Origin: Candidatus Aminicenans sakinawicola JGI OTU-1
GTDB taxonomy: Bacteria > Acidobacteriota > Aminicenantia > Aminicenantales > Aminicenantaceae
Direction: 5' to 3'
Assembly (NCBI GenBank): GCA_000493965.1
Contig: AWNV01000001.1
Span: forward strand, 41,167 to 105,166
DNA: 64,000 bases
Numbering within the stretch: position 1 is the stretch's first letter; every line of letters begins with the position of its first letter. Positions 9,829 to 20,474 of the stretch are shown piece by piece. The notes below the pieces were generated by a model. The model made no database searches and was not told where the DNA came from. It saw nothing but the letters and a program-made list of their open reading frames with translations. The position numbers and the translations under genes are program-made.

Positions 9829-10943
9829 AGATCCTTTACATATCAGATTCAACTATTCCGCAACGTACTGCCCACAGCATACATGTAATGAAGATGTGTA
9901 GTGCCTTTTCAAGAATAGGCCATGAAGTAGTTTTATTATCAATTAAAGCGCCTAGTTATCATGAAAAAGATGTTAAATGTGATTTTGACTTTTACGGAGT
10001 GGAGCCACGTTTTGAGATAAAAAAACTTCACGTGCCTCGAATAAAATATTCTATACTATTATACAGTCTCCGTTGTGCTATTGAAATTCTTAAAATAAAG
10101 CCAGAGATCGTTTACGGACGTTGTCTTTGGGGTGTCTGGGTGGCTGCAGTAATGGGATTTGATGTGATCTATGAAACGCATTTTCCAGTAAAACATATGA
10201 CACGTGGGGGAAAGATCTGTTTCACCAGTCTCACTAAAAGGAGGAGATTAAGACACCTGGTAGTTATATCGCATGCATTGAAAAAAATGATTGAAAATGA
10301 CGTTTCAGGGAAAAAAATAATTGTAGCTCATGATGGTGCGGACTTGATAGATTATAACAGCAAAAAAAAGCAGACAGCAGTATCTGACAAGTACGGAAAC
10401 AGAACCAAAGTCGGGTATGCAGGACACCTATATCCAGGCCGGGGAATAGATTTGATATTTAAAATTGCAATGGAGCTTCCCGATATTGACTTTCATATTG
10501 TCGGAGGCACGGAGGAAGACATAAAGGCAAGAAAAAGACGAATAGAAGGAAACAACATTTTTCTTCATGGATTTGTACCTCCATCCTTGATCAATAATTA
10601 CATTTGTAATTGTGATATATTGATAATGCCTCACAAAGGAAAAGTGACTACCTCTGGAGACAAATCAAGAGATATAAGCCAGTACATGTCACCGCTTAAG
10701 ATGTTTGAGTATATGGCCTCTGGAAAGCCCATCATAGCCTCTGATCTTCCAGTACTGAGAGAGGTTTTAAAGCAAGGCAAAAATGCAATCCTTGTAGACC
10801 CAGATGATACAGACGGTTGGGTGAGCGCAATACAATATCTTGCTGATGATGAAAAAGCCCGTGAAAGGATTGCACAACAGGCATTAATTGATCTGAAACA
10901 GTCCTATACATGGGAAAAACGTGCGCAGAGGGTCTTATTATGA
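9825..10943 (+). CDS. Glycosyltransferase family 4
   Basis: MSPLKMFEYMASGKPIIASDLPVLREVLKQGKNAILVDP; 4-bp overlap with the upstream gene. Confidence 0.75.
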   Translation: MKILYISDSTIPQRTAHSIHVMKMCSAFSRIGHEVVLLSIKAPSYHEKDVKCDFDFYGVEPRFEIKKLHVPRIKYSILLYSLRCAIEILKIKPEIVYGRCLWGVWVAAVMGFDVIYETHFPVKHMTRGGKICFTSLTKRRRLRHLVVISHALKKMIENDVSGKKIIVAHDGADLIDYNSKKKQTAVSDKYGNRTKVGYAGHLYPGRGIDLIFKIAMELPDIDFHIVGGTEEDIKARKRRIEGNNIFLHGFVPPSLINNYICNCDILIMPHKGKVTTSGDKSRDISQYMSPLKMFEYMASGKPIIASDLPVLREVLKQGKNAILVDPDDTDGWVSAIQYLADDEKARERIAQQALIDLKQSYTWEKRAQRVLL

Positions 10944-12112
10944 AAGTAATGAGCATTGTAGGGGCGCGTCCGCAATTTATAAAGGCTGCTCCTGTTATAA
11001 GAGCTATTGAGAGAAATAACGAAAAAAAACCGTTTATGATTCAGCACATTTTAATGCATACAGGTCAGCATTATGACAAGAATATGTCGAGGATATTCTT
11101 TGATGAGCTTGAAATACCGAGGCCTGAATATAACCTGGAGGTTGGCTCTGGAACCCATGGAGAACAGACTGCAAGAATGATGCAACGGATTGAGGAAGTC
11201 CTGATAAAGGAAAGACCAAGCATGACCATTCTTTATGGAGATACTAACTCAACTCTGGCAGGGGGGCTAGTAGCAGCCAAACTTAATATGCCAGTAGCTC
11301 ATGTAGAGGCGGGATTAAGAAGTTACAATAAGAGAATGCCAGAGGAAATAAACAGGGTTGTAACTGATCATGCCTCCAGTGTCCTCTTTTGCCCTACAGT
11401 AAATGCTGTTAATAATTTACGTAAAGAAGGTTTTGTGAATATCAGGGATATTACTAATGATATGAAAGCTGACCCTGGCAGAAGCTATGATTCTTCACGG
11501 CCGCTGGTTATCAATGTTGGTGATGTGATGTTTGACTCGATACTAGAGTATGCCGGGCGTGCTGATGTCCGCTCTGACATTCTTGCCAAACTTGATTTAA
11601 AGAATAAAGGATATATTCTTGTCACAATGCACCGTGCTGAAAACACCGATAATAAAGAGAGATTAAGAGGTATCTTTGAGGCATTAAAGAAAATAAATAA
11701 AGATATAAAGATAATACTTCCCATACATCCACGGACTCGAAAAGCTGTCAAGGAATCAAGGATCGATGTATCAGGCCTGAAGGTCATAGAACCAATTTCG
11801 TATCTGGACATGATTTGCCTTGAGAAGAACGCAAAGGTCATCTGTACGGATTCAGGGGGGATGCAGAAGGAGGCTTATTTCTGTAAGGTGCCATGTATTA
11901 CTATCAGAGATGAGACAGAATGGGAAGAAACGCTTGAGTCAGGCTGGAATAGACTGGTTGAAGCCGATCCTGACCGGATCCGAACTTGTATGGAGGATGT
12001 TATTTCTGATTCATGGGATACCAAGCCCCAGGTGAGCCAGTATGGTGACGGTAAGGCTGCTGAAAAGATATATAGAGTGATATCGAGTGTCTTAGAAAAA
12101 TCTGCAAAATGA
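10940..12112 (+). CDS. UDP-N-acetylglucosamine 2-epimerase (WecB/MnaA/NeuC family)
   Basis: N-terminus KVMSIVGARPQFIKAAPV and catalytic-region motif HVEAGLRSYNKRMPEEINRVVTDHASSVLFCPT. The ATG at 10940 overlaps the upstream stop; the ORF track shows a longer open frame from 10910. Confidence 0.8.
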   Translation: MKVMSIVGARPQFIKAAPVIRAIERNNEKKPFMIQHILMHTGQHYDKNMSRIFFDELEIPRPEYNLEVGSGTHGEQTARMMQRIEEVLIKERPSMTILYGDTNSTLAGGLVAAKLNMPVAHVEAGLRSYNKRMPEEINRVVTDHASSVLFCPTVNAVNNLRKEGFVNIRDITNDMKADPGRSYDSSRPLVINVGDVMFDSILEYAGRADVRSDILAKLDLKNKGYILVTMHRAENTDNKERLRGIFEALKKINKDIKIILPIHPRTRKAVKESRIDVSGLKVIEPISYLDMICLEKNAKVICTDSGGMQKEAYFCKVPCITIRDETEWEETLESGWNRLVEADPDRIRTCMEDVISDSWDTKPQVSQYGDGKAAEKIYRVISSVLEKSAK

Positions 12113-13299
12113 AAGTAGTTCATATCATAGGATACTTTCAACCCGAGTATGGTTATGAAGAATATTATACGGCCTTAAACCAGGCGAAAGTGGGACATGA
12201 GGTTCATGTCCTGACCTCAAACTGGATAGTTCCCATGTCAGGTCTTAAGAGACAGGAGAGAAAGAGAAAGATGGGCATTGAACATGTAGATGGAATTATT
12301 GTCCACAGACTTTTGGGTTTTGATATCCCGAGGGACATGATCTTTATGCCTGGAGCATTCAGTGAATTAAGAAAGATTAAGCCAGACGTGGTGCATTGCC
12401 ATGGAGCAAACCAACCTGTAAATTTCCTTGTCCCCCTGTTAAAAAAAAGATTAGGGTTTATACTGATATATGACCACCATGAGTTCTTTTATGATAGACA
12501 TTCCTATTCCTATAAGGGATTTAATCCTCTCAGATTGATTTTTAAGTTAGAATATTTGCTGTTTCGGAAACATGTAAATAAATGGGCCCTCTCTAGAGCT
12601 GATCATATTATCGCGGTCCTTGATGTTTGTTATGAACACCTTGTAAATTACCTTAGAGTTGACCCGACTAAAGTTACTCTTATAAGATTGGGGGTTGAAA
12701 CCTCGCTGTTCCGTAGAGATGAAGAAGCTGGCATGGAAATTCGAAATAAATGCGGAGTTGCTCCTTCAGACAGGGTTATTTTATTTCCGGGAACCTTTTC
12801 TAGAAGAAAGAAGATCGAACATCTCCTTGAAGTTCTCGTTGAACTTGAACCAAGATGTAAACTCCTTTTAGTAGGAGATGGAAAATCGGACTATATGAGT
12901 GAACTACTTCTTCAAATAAAGCAAAAAGGTCTGGGCAACAGAGTGTTTATTACAGGCAGGGTAGACATTAAAGACCTTTACAGGTATTATTCTGCCTGCA
13001 ATTATTCACTATTTTTAAACAGCTCGAGTGTCTCAATACTTGAGAGTATGAGTTGTGGAGTTCCTCCGATCATTTCACATAAACAGCAGTTTGCCTTTGT
13101 TGCCCAGAATGGCAATGGCTGGGTTTTGCATGGAGGGAACCTCTCTGAATGGGCTTCTGAAATTAAGGAAATTTTTCACAATGATGAAGAGTGGAAGATT
13201 AGGGGAAGAAAGTCGCAGAGATACATGGAAGAAAGTTATTCTTACAGAAATTACGCTAGACAGGTTCAGTCTGTTTATAACATGTTCATAGCCAGATAA
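12109..13299 (+). CDS. Glycosyltransferase family 4
   Basis: GT-B profile; ..SILESMSCGVPPIISHKQQFAFVAQNGNGWVLH..; 4-bp overlap with the upstream gene. Confidence 0.7.
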   Translation: MKVVHIIGYFQPEYGYEEYYTALNQAKVGHEVHVLTSNWIVPMSGLKRQERKRKMGIEHVDGIIVHRLLGFDIPRDMIFMPGAFSELRKIKPDVVHCHGANQPVNFLVPLLKKRLGFILIYDHHEFFYDRHSYSYKGFNPLRLIFKLEYLLFRKHVNKWALSRADHIIAVLDVCYEHLVNYLRVDPTKVTLIRLGVETSLFRRDEEAGMEIRNKCGVAPSDRVILFPGTFSRRKKIEHLLEVLVELEPRCKLLLVGDGKSDYMSELLLQIKQKGLGNRVFITGRVDIKDLYRYYSACNYSLFLNSSSVSILESMSCGVPPIISHKQQFAFVAQNGNGWVLHGGNLSEWASEIKEIFHNDEEWKIRGRKSQRYMEESYSYRNYARQVQSVYNMFIAR

Positions 13300-13307
13300 T
13301 AGCTTCA

Positions 13308-14438
13308 ATGAAAACCATACTATTCGTCGATCCTGTTTATTTACTTGGTGGAGCTGAAAAATGTGTCATACGTCTGGCTAATGCTATGTCGAGACGGGGT
13401 ATGAAAAGTATCTTTTTAACCTCTGAAGCAATAAGAAACTATCCAAAGCAGTTGTTTGATCCAGAGGTGGAACGTATTTACTGCTCCTCTTCATCTCCTT
13501 TCGCGCCTGCGATTTTTACAAATGTTTATAGTCTAATCCGGAAGAAAGCAGTAGATTTAGTGGTGCTTAACCAGGATCGCTCTGGTTTCTGGGGTCGTCT
13601 GGTTAAAGCCGTATTTCGACCACCTGTACCTTTTGTCTGGCTTATGCATTTGTTTTATGATGACATGATAAGTCACTGGCATTTTCCTAAAAAACAAATT
13701 TACAAGTTAGGATATTTGGCAACACTCCCATTCTGTGACTATATTGTTACAGTTTCAAGAGCAAATAAAGAAAGACTGATCCTGAAGCACGGTGTTTCCG
13801 AGGAAAAAATCCATGTGATTTACAACACAGTTGGTTACGAAGAAAGTAATAATAAAGCTGATGTTGATTTAAGAGATGTTTATAATATCAAAGCAGATGA
13901 AATTGTTATCGGGACTATTTGTCAGATGAGCAGGCAGAAAGGATTGCAATATCTTGTTGAGGCATTGGTTCCTATTTGTAAAACTTATAATGTGAAAACC
14001 ATTATTGCAGGGGACGGTCTGTCACGTAACGATATAATGCAACTTGTTAAAGAGAAGGGCTTGTCAGAAAAGATAATTATGCCTGGCTATGTACATAATG
14101 TGTCAGATCACATGAAATTGTTTGATATTTATGTTATGCCCTCAATTTATGAAGGATTCCCCATAGCCCTTGTCGAAGCAATCTCTAATAGGCTTCCTGT
14201 AATAGCCACTAACATCGATGGATGTAAAGAGGCGATAGAAAATGAAAAAACTGGTCTGCTTGTTACTAAAAAGGATCCCAAGTCTTTAGAGAGTGCTATT
14301 CGCAGATTGATACTGGATGTCCCCTTGAGGGAAAGACTGGGTAAAGAGGCGGGGATCTCTTACAGAAAGAGGTTTCATCCTGAGATCATATTTCAGCAAT
14401 ATACTGATTTCTTCAATTCAATACTTGCAAAAAAATAA
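13308..14438 (+). CDS. Glycosyltransferase family 4
   Basis: EGFPIALVEAISNRLPVIATNIDGCKEAIENEKTGLLV. Confidence 0.8.
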   Translation: MKTILFVDPVYLLGGAEKCVIRLANAMSRRGMKSIFLTSEAIRNYPKQLFDPEVERIYCSSSSPFAPAIFTNVYSLIRKKAVDLVVLNQDRSGFWGRLVKAVFRPPVPFVWLMHLFYDDMISHWHFPKKQIYKLGYLATLPFCDYIVTVSRANKERLILKHGVSEEKIHVIYNTVGYEESNNKADVDLRDVYNIKADEIVIGTICQMSRQKGLQYLVEALVPICKTYNVKTIIAGDGLSRNDIMQLVKEKGLSEKIIMPGYVHNVSDHMKLFDIYVMPSIYEGFPIALVEAISNRLPVIATNIDGCKEAIENEKTGLLVTKKDPKSLESAIRRLILDVPLRERLGKEAGISYRKRFHPEIIFQQYTDFFNSILAKK

Positions 14439-14459
14439 AGGGCAGAGATTCTCGTAAAT

Positions 14460-15602
14460 ATGTCATTTCTCAACCACGGAAACCATATATCCAGCGAGAG
14501 AGAAAAACCCAGGGTGCTTTTCCTGATTCCATCACTCCGTTTCGGTGGTACTGAAAGGCAGGTTGTAGAAATGGCTTTATTATTGAGGGAAAAATACAAT
14601 ATAGTCATATGTGCAGTTTATCCAGAAAACCGATTCCCGGAATTGGAGAAGCAGAGAGTCAGGGTTGTATCTCTGAATAAGAAAACTGGCAAACTCTATA
14701 ATTTACCATGCTTTCTTAAATTCTTAATGTTGGTAATAAAAGAGAAACCGGTAATCATTCATTCCTTTCTTATGTTTGCCAACTTATATGCCTGTGGTGT
14801 TAGTCTGTTACTTAGGTTTAAAAATGTCATTACATCTACCCGAACAAAAATTGATTTTTCAAGGTGCTATGGAGGCAACAGGTTAACATATTATCTGTTT
14901 AAAAATTTTTCAATATTTCACGTGGTGAATACCCGCTATAGTGCAGATCTACTGCTGGAAGAAATGGGTTACCGACAGGACCAACTTTTTTTAATAGAGA
15001 ACATGGTGGATACAGAAAGATTTAAGTATATTTCTGAAGGTGTGAGAATCCAAGGTGCTGTTTACCCAGCAAGAATTGAAACGCAAAAAAACCAGCTAAT
15101 ATTGATAAAAGCCATGAATATTTTAAAGCAAAGAAAATCACTGCCCGAAGGCTTCCAACTCTTTCTGGTTGGCGAAAAGAATGATAGGCAATATTTTGAG
15201 AGAGTGTTCGAGACTGTCAGGAAATATCAACTTGAGAAAAGCATAATATTCATTGATCCAACAATCCATATTGAAAGATATTATTCTATGTGTTCTTTTC
15301 TGGTTTTTCCATCTTCCTGGGAGGGATTGTCGAACACAATTCTTGAAGCCATGTCCTCCGGACTGCCGGTTGTCTGTTCACATGAGGCGAATCTGCCAGG
15401 GTTGATTAATGATGGTATAAATGGATACCTGTTTCCAGCAAACAATCCTGAGGCTTGTGCTGAAAGCCTCTATAAGATGATAAATACGGATGTCTTGAAA
15501 AGGAAAAAAATGTGTAAGATAAACAGGCAGAGAATCGAGAAGAGGTTTGCACGGCAAATTTTACAGAAAAAGCTGGAGACTTTATACGAGAGTTGTCTAT
15601 AG
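14460..15602 (+). CDS. Glycosyltransferase family 4
   Basis: EGLSNTILEAMSSGLPVVCSHEANLPGLINDGINGYLF. Confidence 0.8.
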   Translation: MSFLNHGNHISSEREKPRVLFLIPSLRFGGTERQVVEMALLLREKYNIVICAVYPENRFPELEKQRVRVVSLNKKTGKLYNLPCFLKFLMLVIKEKPVIIHSFLMFANLYACGVSLLLRFKNVITSTRTKIDFSRCYGGNRLTYYLFKNFSIFHVVNTRYSADLLLEEMGYRQDQLFLIENMVDTERFKYISEGVRIQGAVYPARIETQKNQLILIKAMNILKQRKSLPEGFQLFLVGEKNDRQYFERVFETVRKYQLEKSIIFIDPTIHIERYYSMCSFLVFPSSWEGLSNTILEAMSSGLPVVCSHEANLPGLINDGINGYLFPANNPEACAESLYKMINTDVLKRKKMCKINRQRIEKRFARQILQKKLETLYESCL

Positions 15603-15639
15603 TGAATTACAGGGCTAACAGAATTATACTGGATGGATT

Positions 15640-17007
15640 ATGGATCATAAAATAATATTATTTGCATTTATTATTTTGTTTTACTTTCTATTAATGATGC
15701 GATCAATGAAGTTGGCATTGCTCGTATATCTATTCCTGTGTCCTTTTAATATCTTTATTCCAGTCGGTGGGAGAAACATTAATTCTACTGAAGCAGTAGC
15801 AATGATGTTTATTGTTGTATGGATATCAGGTTTGTTAAGAAATGAAAGGCCGTGGGTTCCTGATACTGTATTTACAATACCCCTGTTTTTTTACTTTTTA
15901 GCATCGCTTACAATGATAATCAACACTGGTCTTACAGGTGATGTTATTCTTAGTATTATTAGACACTTCCAATTTTTTGGTGTCTTTATGATCTTTGTGA
16001 CTTACTTTAAGGATAGGAAAGACATATATGCGATTTCCAACACATTAATTGCATCCTTAGCAGTACTTTGCCTTATCGCAATTATTGAGTTTGTTTTCGT
16101 ATACGGAGGATACGGAATACCCTGGCAGAGGTCAATCTTGTGGAAAAAAGGACTGATTGATATAGGATTTTATCCTGGTACAGCTCTAGCGCTGAAAAGA
16201 TTGATATCTGTGTCAGCCAAGGCAGGACTTGGAGCCACTTTCCCGATTCATCACGCATTTGGTATTTATCTGGGTTCTCTGATATATCTACTTGTCTGGA
16301 GAATATATCTTTACAAAAAGCTGAATAGGAAGAAGATAGGCATGCTGTTATTGCTTATCATCTCTTTGGCTATCCTTATTTTTACTAAATCACGGACTGC
16401 GATTTTTTCTTTTTTGTTATCAATACCTCTAATGGTGATGCTTTTAAGAAATTGGAGATTGAGGTTCAAAATAATCTTAGTTGTTGCTGTTTCATTAATT
16501 ATAATACTTGCTTTTATTCCAGATATAATTATTGAACCGTCGGTAGAATGGATAGGGATTTTATATAAGAGTGGTTTTGCAGGTTTGAACGCAGGGGATC
16601 TTCATAGAATTGATTATTTTTTGGGCTCAGTGAATACATTTCTAAAGCATCCTTTAATCGGAGTTGGATATCGCATATTTAGTATGGATTTTAATCCTCA
16701 TACAGCAATTACACAAGCATTGGTATTAAAGGGTATTTTAGGTGGTATAACACTTTTATGGGTATTATTAAGGATGTTTAGAGTAAGTTATAGACACCTT
16801 AGGAAAATAAGGCACGAAAAAGCTGATAGGGAACATTTTCTATCAGTAGGGTGGTTATTAAGTATTACCATTTATTTGGGTGTGCAAAGTATAGGAGTTG
16901 GACTCTTTGGCTATGTTCTGACATGCATTCCGGCTATATCTGCAATGTCAATGTTTGTCATTTCAAGAAAATCATTTGCCGTTGAGAAGAGTCAGAACCT
17001 ACGATAA
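15640..17007 (+). CDS. O-antigen ligase/polymerase-like membrane protein (second Wzy_C-type protein)
   Basis: Polytopic; Wzy_C-like segment ..IFTKSRTAIFSFLLSIPLMV.. Confidence 0.65.
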   Translation: MDHKIILFAFIILFYFLLMMRSMKLALLVYLFLCPFNIFIPVGGRNINSTEAVAMMFIVVWISGLLRNERPWVPDTVFTIPLFFYFLASLTMIINTGLTGDVILSIIRHFQFFGVFMIFVTYFKDRKDIYAISNTLIASLAVLCLIAIIEFVFVYGGYGIPWQRSILWKKGLIDIGFYPGTALALKRLISVSAKAGLGATFPIHHAFGIYLGSLIYLLVWRIYLYKKLNRKKIGMLLLLIISLAILIFTKSRTAIFSFLLSIPLMVMLLRNWRLRFKIILVVAVSLIIILAFIPDIIIEPSVEWIGILYKSGFAGLNAGDLHRIDYFLGSVNTFLKHPLIGVGYRIFSMDFNPHTAITQALVLKGILGGITLLWVLLRMFRVSYRHLRKIRHEKADREHFLSVGWLLSITIYLGVQSIGVGLFGYVLTCIPAISAMSMFVISRKSFAVEKSQNLR

Positions 17008-17037
17008 AATCCTGCTGGCTACTTCAGGGAGTTATCC

Positions 17038-17991
17038 TTGACATTAAAAAGTGTTGTAAAAAAAGTTTTCAATTATATTAATGTTGCGAAAATAAAGAGG
17101 TTTGCAATAAATGATAACATGTATTTTATAGGTAATAGAGATTCACCTGGTGCAATAAACAGGGTGGTTTTATATTTTCCGGACTATGAGTTCATGCATT
17201 ACGGAGACCATTTGTTCTTTGAGCCACTGGCAAGATTTTTTAAATTAAAAAACTTCAAAGTAAAAGTAATGCCTGTAAAGCAGATGGAATTTTATTTCAT
17301 AAAAAACGGTTATCTGATAGGAAATCATGATGATGTAAAAAAGGCAGATTTATTAATTACAAGAACTGAATTTTATAAAGATGTTAAGAGATTGATTGAA
17401 AAAAACATCTTATTTATCAATACGTCATCTGCTAAAATTAATCAATTTTTGTGTAAGGATATCGTAAATAAAGTAGCCAACTTTTTTTCAATAGAAAGTG
17501 ATAATTTTTATACAAAGCCGTCGGGACTGAGAAATTGTCCGGAAAATATAAGGCTTGACTCAAGTTATAATTATGTAATTTTTAATAATTATATAGATTC
17601 GGGATTTTTCAGGGTTATAAAAAGAGACTATAAAAAGATCAATGACTTTGCTAAAAATTTCGCTAAAGAAAATAATTTAAAAGTTATTCACACAGGCACA
17701 CAAAAAGAAAAAGACAATGACAAGAAAACCTATGATTTTGTTGATATTGATTTAAGAGGGAGAACAGGTCCTGCAGACTTATTTTATCTGGCCTCACATG
17801 GTAATGTTAAATACAATATATCTTTTGACACTTTATTAATGCATATATTTTTTATCTATGGGAAAAAATCGTATATCATGTTCAGAGGGAGATTTTCAAG
17901 TTCAGCAAGGGATTACTTTATTAAAAATTATGTGATTCCACCATTCGATCCAGAACCGCATAAAATAAAAAATTTAATTGAGTATATATAG
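17038..17991 (+). CDS. Hypothetical protein, possibly a GT9 (heptosyltransferase-like) glycosyltransferase
   Basis: TTG start. N-terminal ..RVVLYFPDYEFMHYGDHLFFEPLARFF.. and C-terminal ..RTGPADLFYLASHGNVKYNISFDTLLMHIF.. weakly resemble GT9 motifs (GD.., DSG.mHLA). Confidence 0.35.
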   Translation: MTLKSVVKKVFNYINVAKIKRFAINDNMYFIGNRDSPGAINRVVLYFPDYEFMHYGDHLFFEPLARFFKLKNFKVKVMPVKQMEFYFIKNGYLIGNHDDVKKADLLITRTEFYKDVKRLIEKNILFINTSSAKINQFLCKDIVNKVANFFSIESDNFYTKPSGLRNCPENIRLDSSYNYVIFNNYIDSGFFRVIKRDYKKINDFAKNFAKENNLKVIHTGTQKEKDNDKKTYDFVDIDLRGRTGPADLFYLASHGNVKYNISFDTLLMHIFFIYGKKSYIMFRGRFSSSARDYFIKNYVIPPFDPEPHKIKNLIEYI

Positions 17992-18022
17992 AAAGTTCAT
18001 ATATACTACATGTTAAGGCTGC

Positions 18023-19372
18023 TTGAGTAAAATGCGTAAACTTATATCAAACTTTCTATTTTTATTTCTTGACATCATCTCTATCTGTACATCAATTATC
18101 TTAACCTACTTAATAAAATTTAAAAACCTGGACATGTTTTTATCGGAACAGCTTCCCCGCTCGCCATTTGATGACATTATCCTATGGGTAATCTTTATCC
18201 TTGTAATTTTTTATGTCCTGGAGCTCTACAGTCTCATTTTTTATGCGTCAGGAATTAAGATTATGCTGAGAATCTTAGCAGGTGTATTCACAGCAGGAGT
18301 CATGGTTGCTGTATTTACATATTTGTTCCTCCATGTATTTATTGGGCGAAGTTTGTTTGTTTTGCATATCTTTTTTATTGCGACGTTTACAACAATATGG
18401 AGGTTAGGGTTCAGCGTAATACAAGAACAGATTGATAAGAGCAGAAATATTCTAGTGGTTGGACCAAGAGGGGTAATTTCAAGTGTAGCCAATGAACTTA
18501 TAAAAACAAACAGGTTCTCTGTTAAGAAATATCAATATAGCTACAAGTCGAAGAATGCAAGTCCATTAGAAGAGGTTTCTAAAACTAAAAATCTGGATGT
18601 GATTTTTTTTGATGATCCGAAAATGCCTGATGAAGTCATGCAGGGTTTGATGCAATGCCGTGTAAGAGGTGTCCCTGTGAGGGAAATTGTAGATTTTTAT
18701 GAAGATGAGTGGGAGAAGATTCCTGTTTATCATCTAAGGGACCGATGGTTTGTCTATTCACATGGGTTTACCGTGATTCATCATATCTTTTATCAAAGGG
18801 TAAAAAGGATTTTTGATATTGGCCTATCGATCCTGACAATGATTGTTATGGGGCCCCTGATGTTTCTGACTGCAGTACTTATCAAAATTGAATCAAAAGG
18901 ACCTGTTTTTTATAAACAGAAGCGTATTGGTCTTAATGAGAGGACGTATAACTTGATAAAGTTCCGTTCCATGATCAAAGATGCGGAAAAAAATGGTGCG
19001 ATGTGGGCGGAAGAAAAAGACCCAAGACTAACAAAGGTAGGGAGAATTATAAGACCGTTCAGGATAGATGAATTGCCTCAAATATTAAATATATTAAAAG
19101 GAAATATGTCTTTTATAGGGCCAAGACCTGAAAGGCAAATCTTTATTGAAGAACTTAAAAAGGAAATTCCATATTACAGTTACCGCCATTTTGTTAAACC
19201 AGGACTGACAGGCTGGGCACAGGTAAACTATCCTTACGGTGCTTCTATGGAGGATGCAGTGCGGAAGCTGGAATATGATCTTTATTACATAAAAAACTCA
19301 AACTTTCTCCTGGACCTTCAGATTGTTTTAAGGACATTTAGGGTGATCCTATTTAGGAGGGGAAGCCGTTGA
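18023..19372 (+). CDS. Undecaprenyl-phosphate sugar phosphotransferase (WbaP/PglC-like bacterial sugar transferase), the priming enzyme
   Basis: N-terminal TM helices plus the C-terminal catalytic domain ..LPQILNILKGNMSFIGPRPERQ..KPGLTGWAQVNYPYGASMEDAVRKLEYDLYYIKN.. Confidence 0.85.
   Translation: MSKMRKLISNFLFLFLDIISICTSIILTYLIKFKNLDMFLSEQLPRSPFDDIILWVIFILVIFYVLELYSLIFYASGIKIMLRILAGVFTAGVMVAVFTYLFLHVFIGRSLFVLHIFFIATFTTIWRLGFSVIQEQIDKSRNILVVGPRGVISSVANELIKTNRFSVKKYQYSYKSKNASPLEEVSKTKNLDVIFFDDPKMPDEVMQGLMQCRVRGVPVREIVDFYEDEWEKIPVYHLRDRWFVYSHGFTVIHHIFYQRVKRIFDIGLSILTMIVMGPLMFLTAVLIKIESKGPVFYKQKRIGLNERTYNLIKFRSMIKDAEKNGAMWAEEKDPRLTKVGRIIRPFRIDELPQILNILKGNMSFIGPRPERQIFIEELKKEIPYYSYRHFVKPGLTGWAQVNYPYGASMEDAVRKLEYDLYYIKNSNFLLDLQIVLRTFRVILFRRGSR
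19313..19372. repeat. Direct repeat copy 1 (the last 60 bp of the priming transferase gene)
   Basis: gaccttcagattgttttaaggacatttagggtgatcctatttaggaggggaagccgttga; about 90% identical to 20475-20534. Confidence 0.8.
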
Positions 19373-19379
19373 AGGAAGT

Positions 19380-20471
19380 ATGAAGGTAGCAATTGTCCAT
19401 GACTATTTCAACAAGAAAGGAGGTGGAGAAAGGCTTGTACTGAATCTTGCAGAAGCCTTTGATTCAGACATAATCACAGGATTTGTTGAACATAAAAAGA
19501 CATATGATATTGGGAATTACAGAGTGCATGAGCTCTCCAAGCCCATCAATAACCCTATTCTCAAGATCATCACGCTACATAACAAGTTTAAGAAACTCCG
19601 TCTCAAAGGTTATGATGCTGTAATTCTCTCTGGTACCACATGCCTTGCAGCAGCAGAACACAACCACCCAAATATATGGTATTGCAATACGCCTGTTCGA
19701 CATCTTTACAGCCAGAAGGAATGGTTCTTTAAACAAATAAATCCTTTACAGAGGATGACGCTCAAGGTATTTCACCTTTGGCTTAAACCTATAGATCAAC
19801 GGAATGTACGCCATGTAGACAAGATTGTGTGCAATTCAGAAAACATCAAGAACAGGATAAGGAGATTCTACGGAGAGAAATTCTATAAAAATGCAACAGT
19901 CATTTACCCACCTGTTAAGACAAATAAGTTCGAACGGAAAGGTCAGAAAGACTTCTATCTTTCTTTTGGGCGTTTAGACAAGCTAAAAAGGATCCATCTA
20001 ATTGTTGAAGCATTCAAAGACATGCCTGACAAGAAGCTCGTGGTAGTTTCAGGGGGACCAGAGCTTGAGAACATAAAAAGAAAGACAAGTAACTATAAAA
20101 ACATAGACATCAAAGGTTATGTGAGTCAAGGAGAACTTGAAGAGCTCATTGGCTCATGTATCGCCACGATCTACATACCCATCGATGAGGATTTCGGTAT
20201 GAGTCCTGTAGAAGGGATGACTGAAGGAAAGCCATGCATAGGCGTAGACGACGGAGGATTGAAAGAGACAATCATTCATAAGAAGACAGGTTATTTATGT
20301 AACAAGGATATCAAAAAAGAAGACCTTATCCAAGCAGTGAGATGGATGAACAAAGCACAAACAAAGAAAATGAGACAAAAAAGTATCAGAGAAGCACAAC
20401 GGTTTCATCAAGAAGGCTTTCGAAAGAAGATGCAGAAGGAGATTCAGATGGTTGTAAAGAGTGGGATATGA
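19380..20471 (+). CDS. Glycosyltransferase family 4
   Basis: EDFGMSPVEGMTEGKPCIGVDDGGLKETIIHKKTGYL; the gene is bracketed by the 60-bp direct repeats. Confidence 0.75.
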   Translation: MKVAIVHDYFNKKGGGERLVLNLAEAFDSDIITGFVEHKKTYDIGNYRVHELSKPINNPILKIITLHNKFKKLRLKGYDAVILSGTTCLAAAEHNHPNIWYCNTPVRHLYSQKEWFFKQINPLQRMTLKVFHLWLKPIDQRNVRHVDKIVCNSENIKNRIRRFYGEKFYKNATVIYPPVKTNKFERKGQKDFYLSFGRLDKLKRIHLIVEAFKDMPDKKLVVVSGGPELENIKRKTSNYKNIDIKGYVSQGELEELIGSCIATIYIPIDEDFGMSPVEGMTEGKPCIGVDDGGLKETIIHKKTGYLCNKDIKKEDLIQAVRWMNKAQTKKMRQKSIREAQRFHQEGFRKKMQKEIQMVVKSGI

Positions 20472-20474
20472 TTA

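Noticed and set aside
10910-10939. Earlier ATG for the UDP-GlcNAc 2-epimerase
   Set aside because: The family N-terminus (MKVMSIVGARPQFIK) starts at the ATG at 10940, which also gives the usual ATGA stop/start overlap with the upstream GT4 gene.
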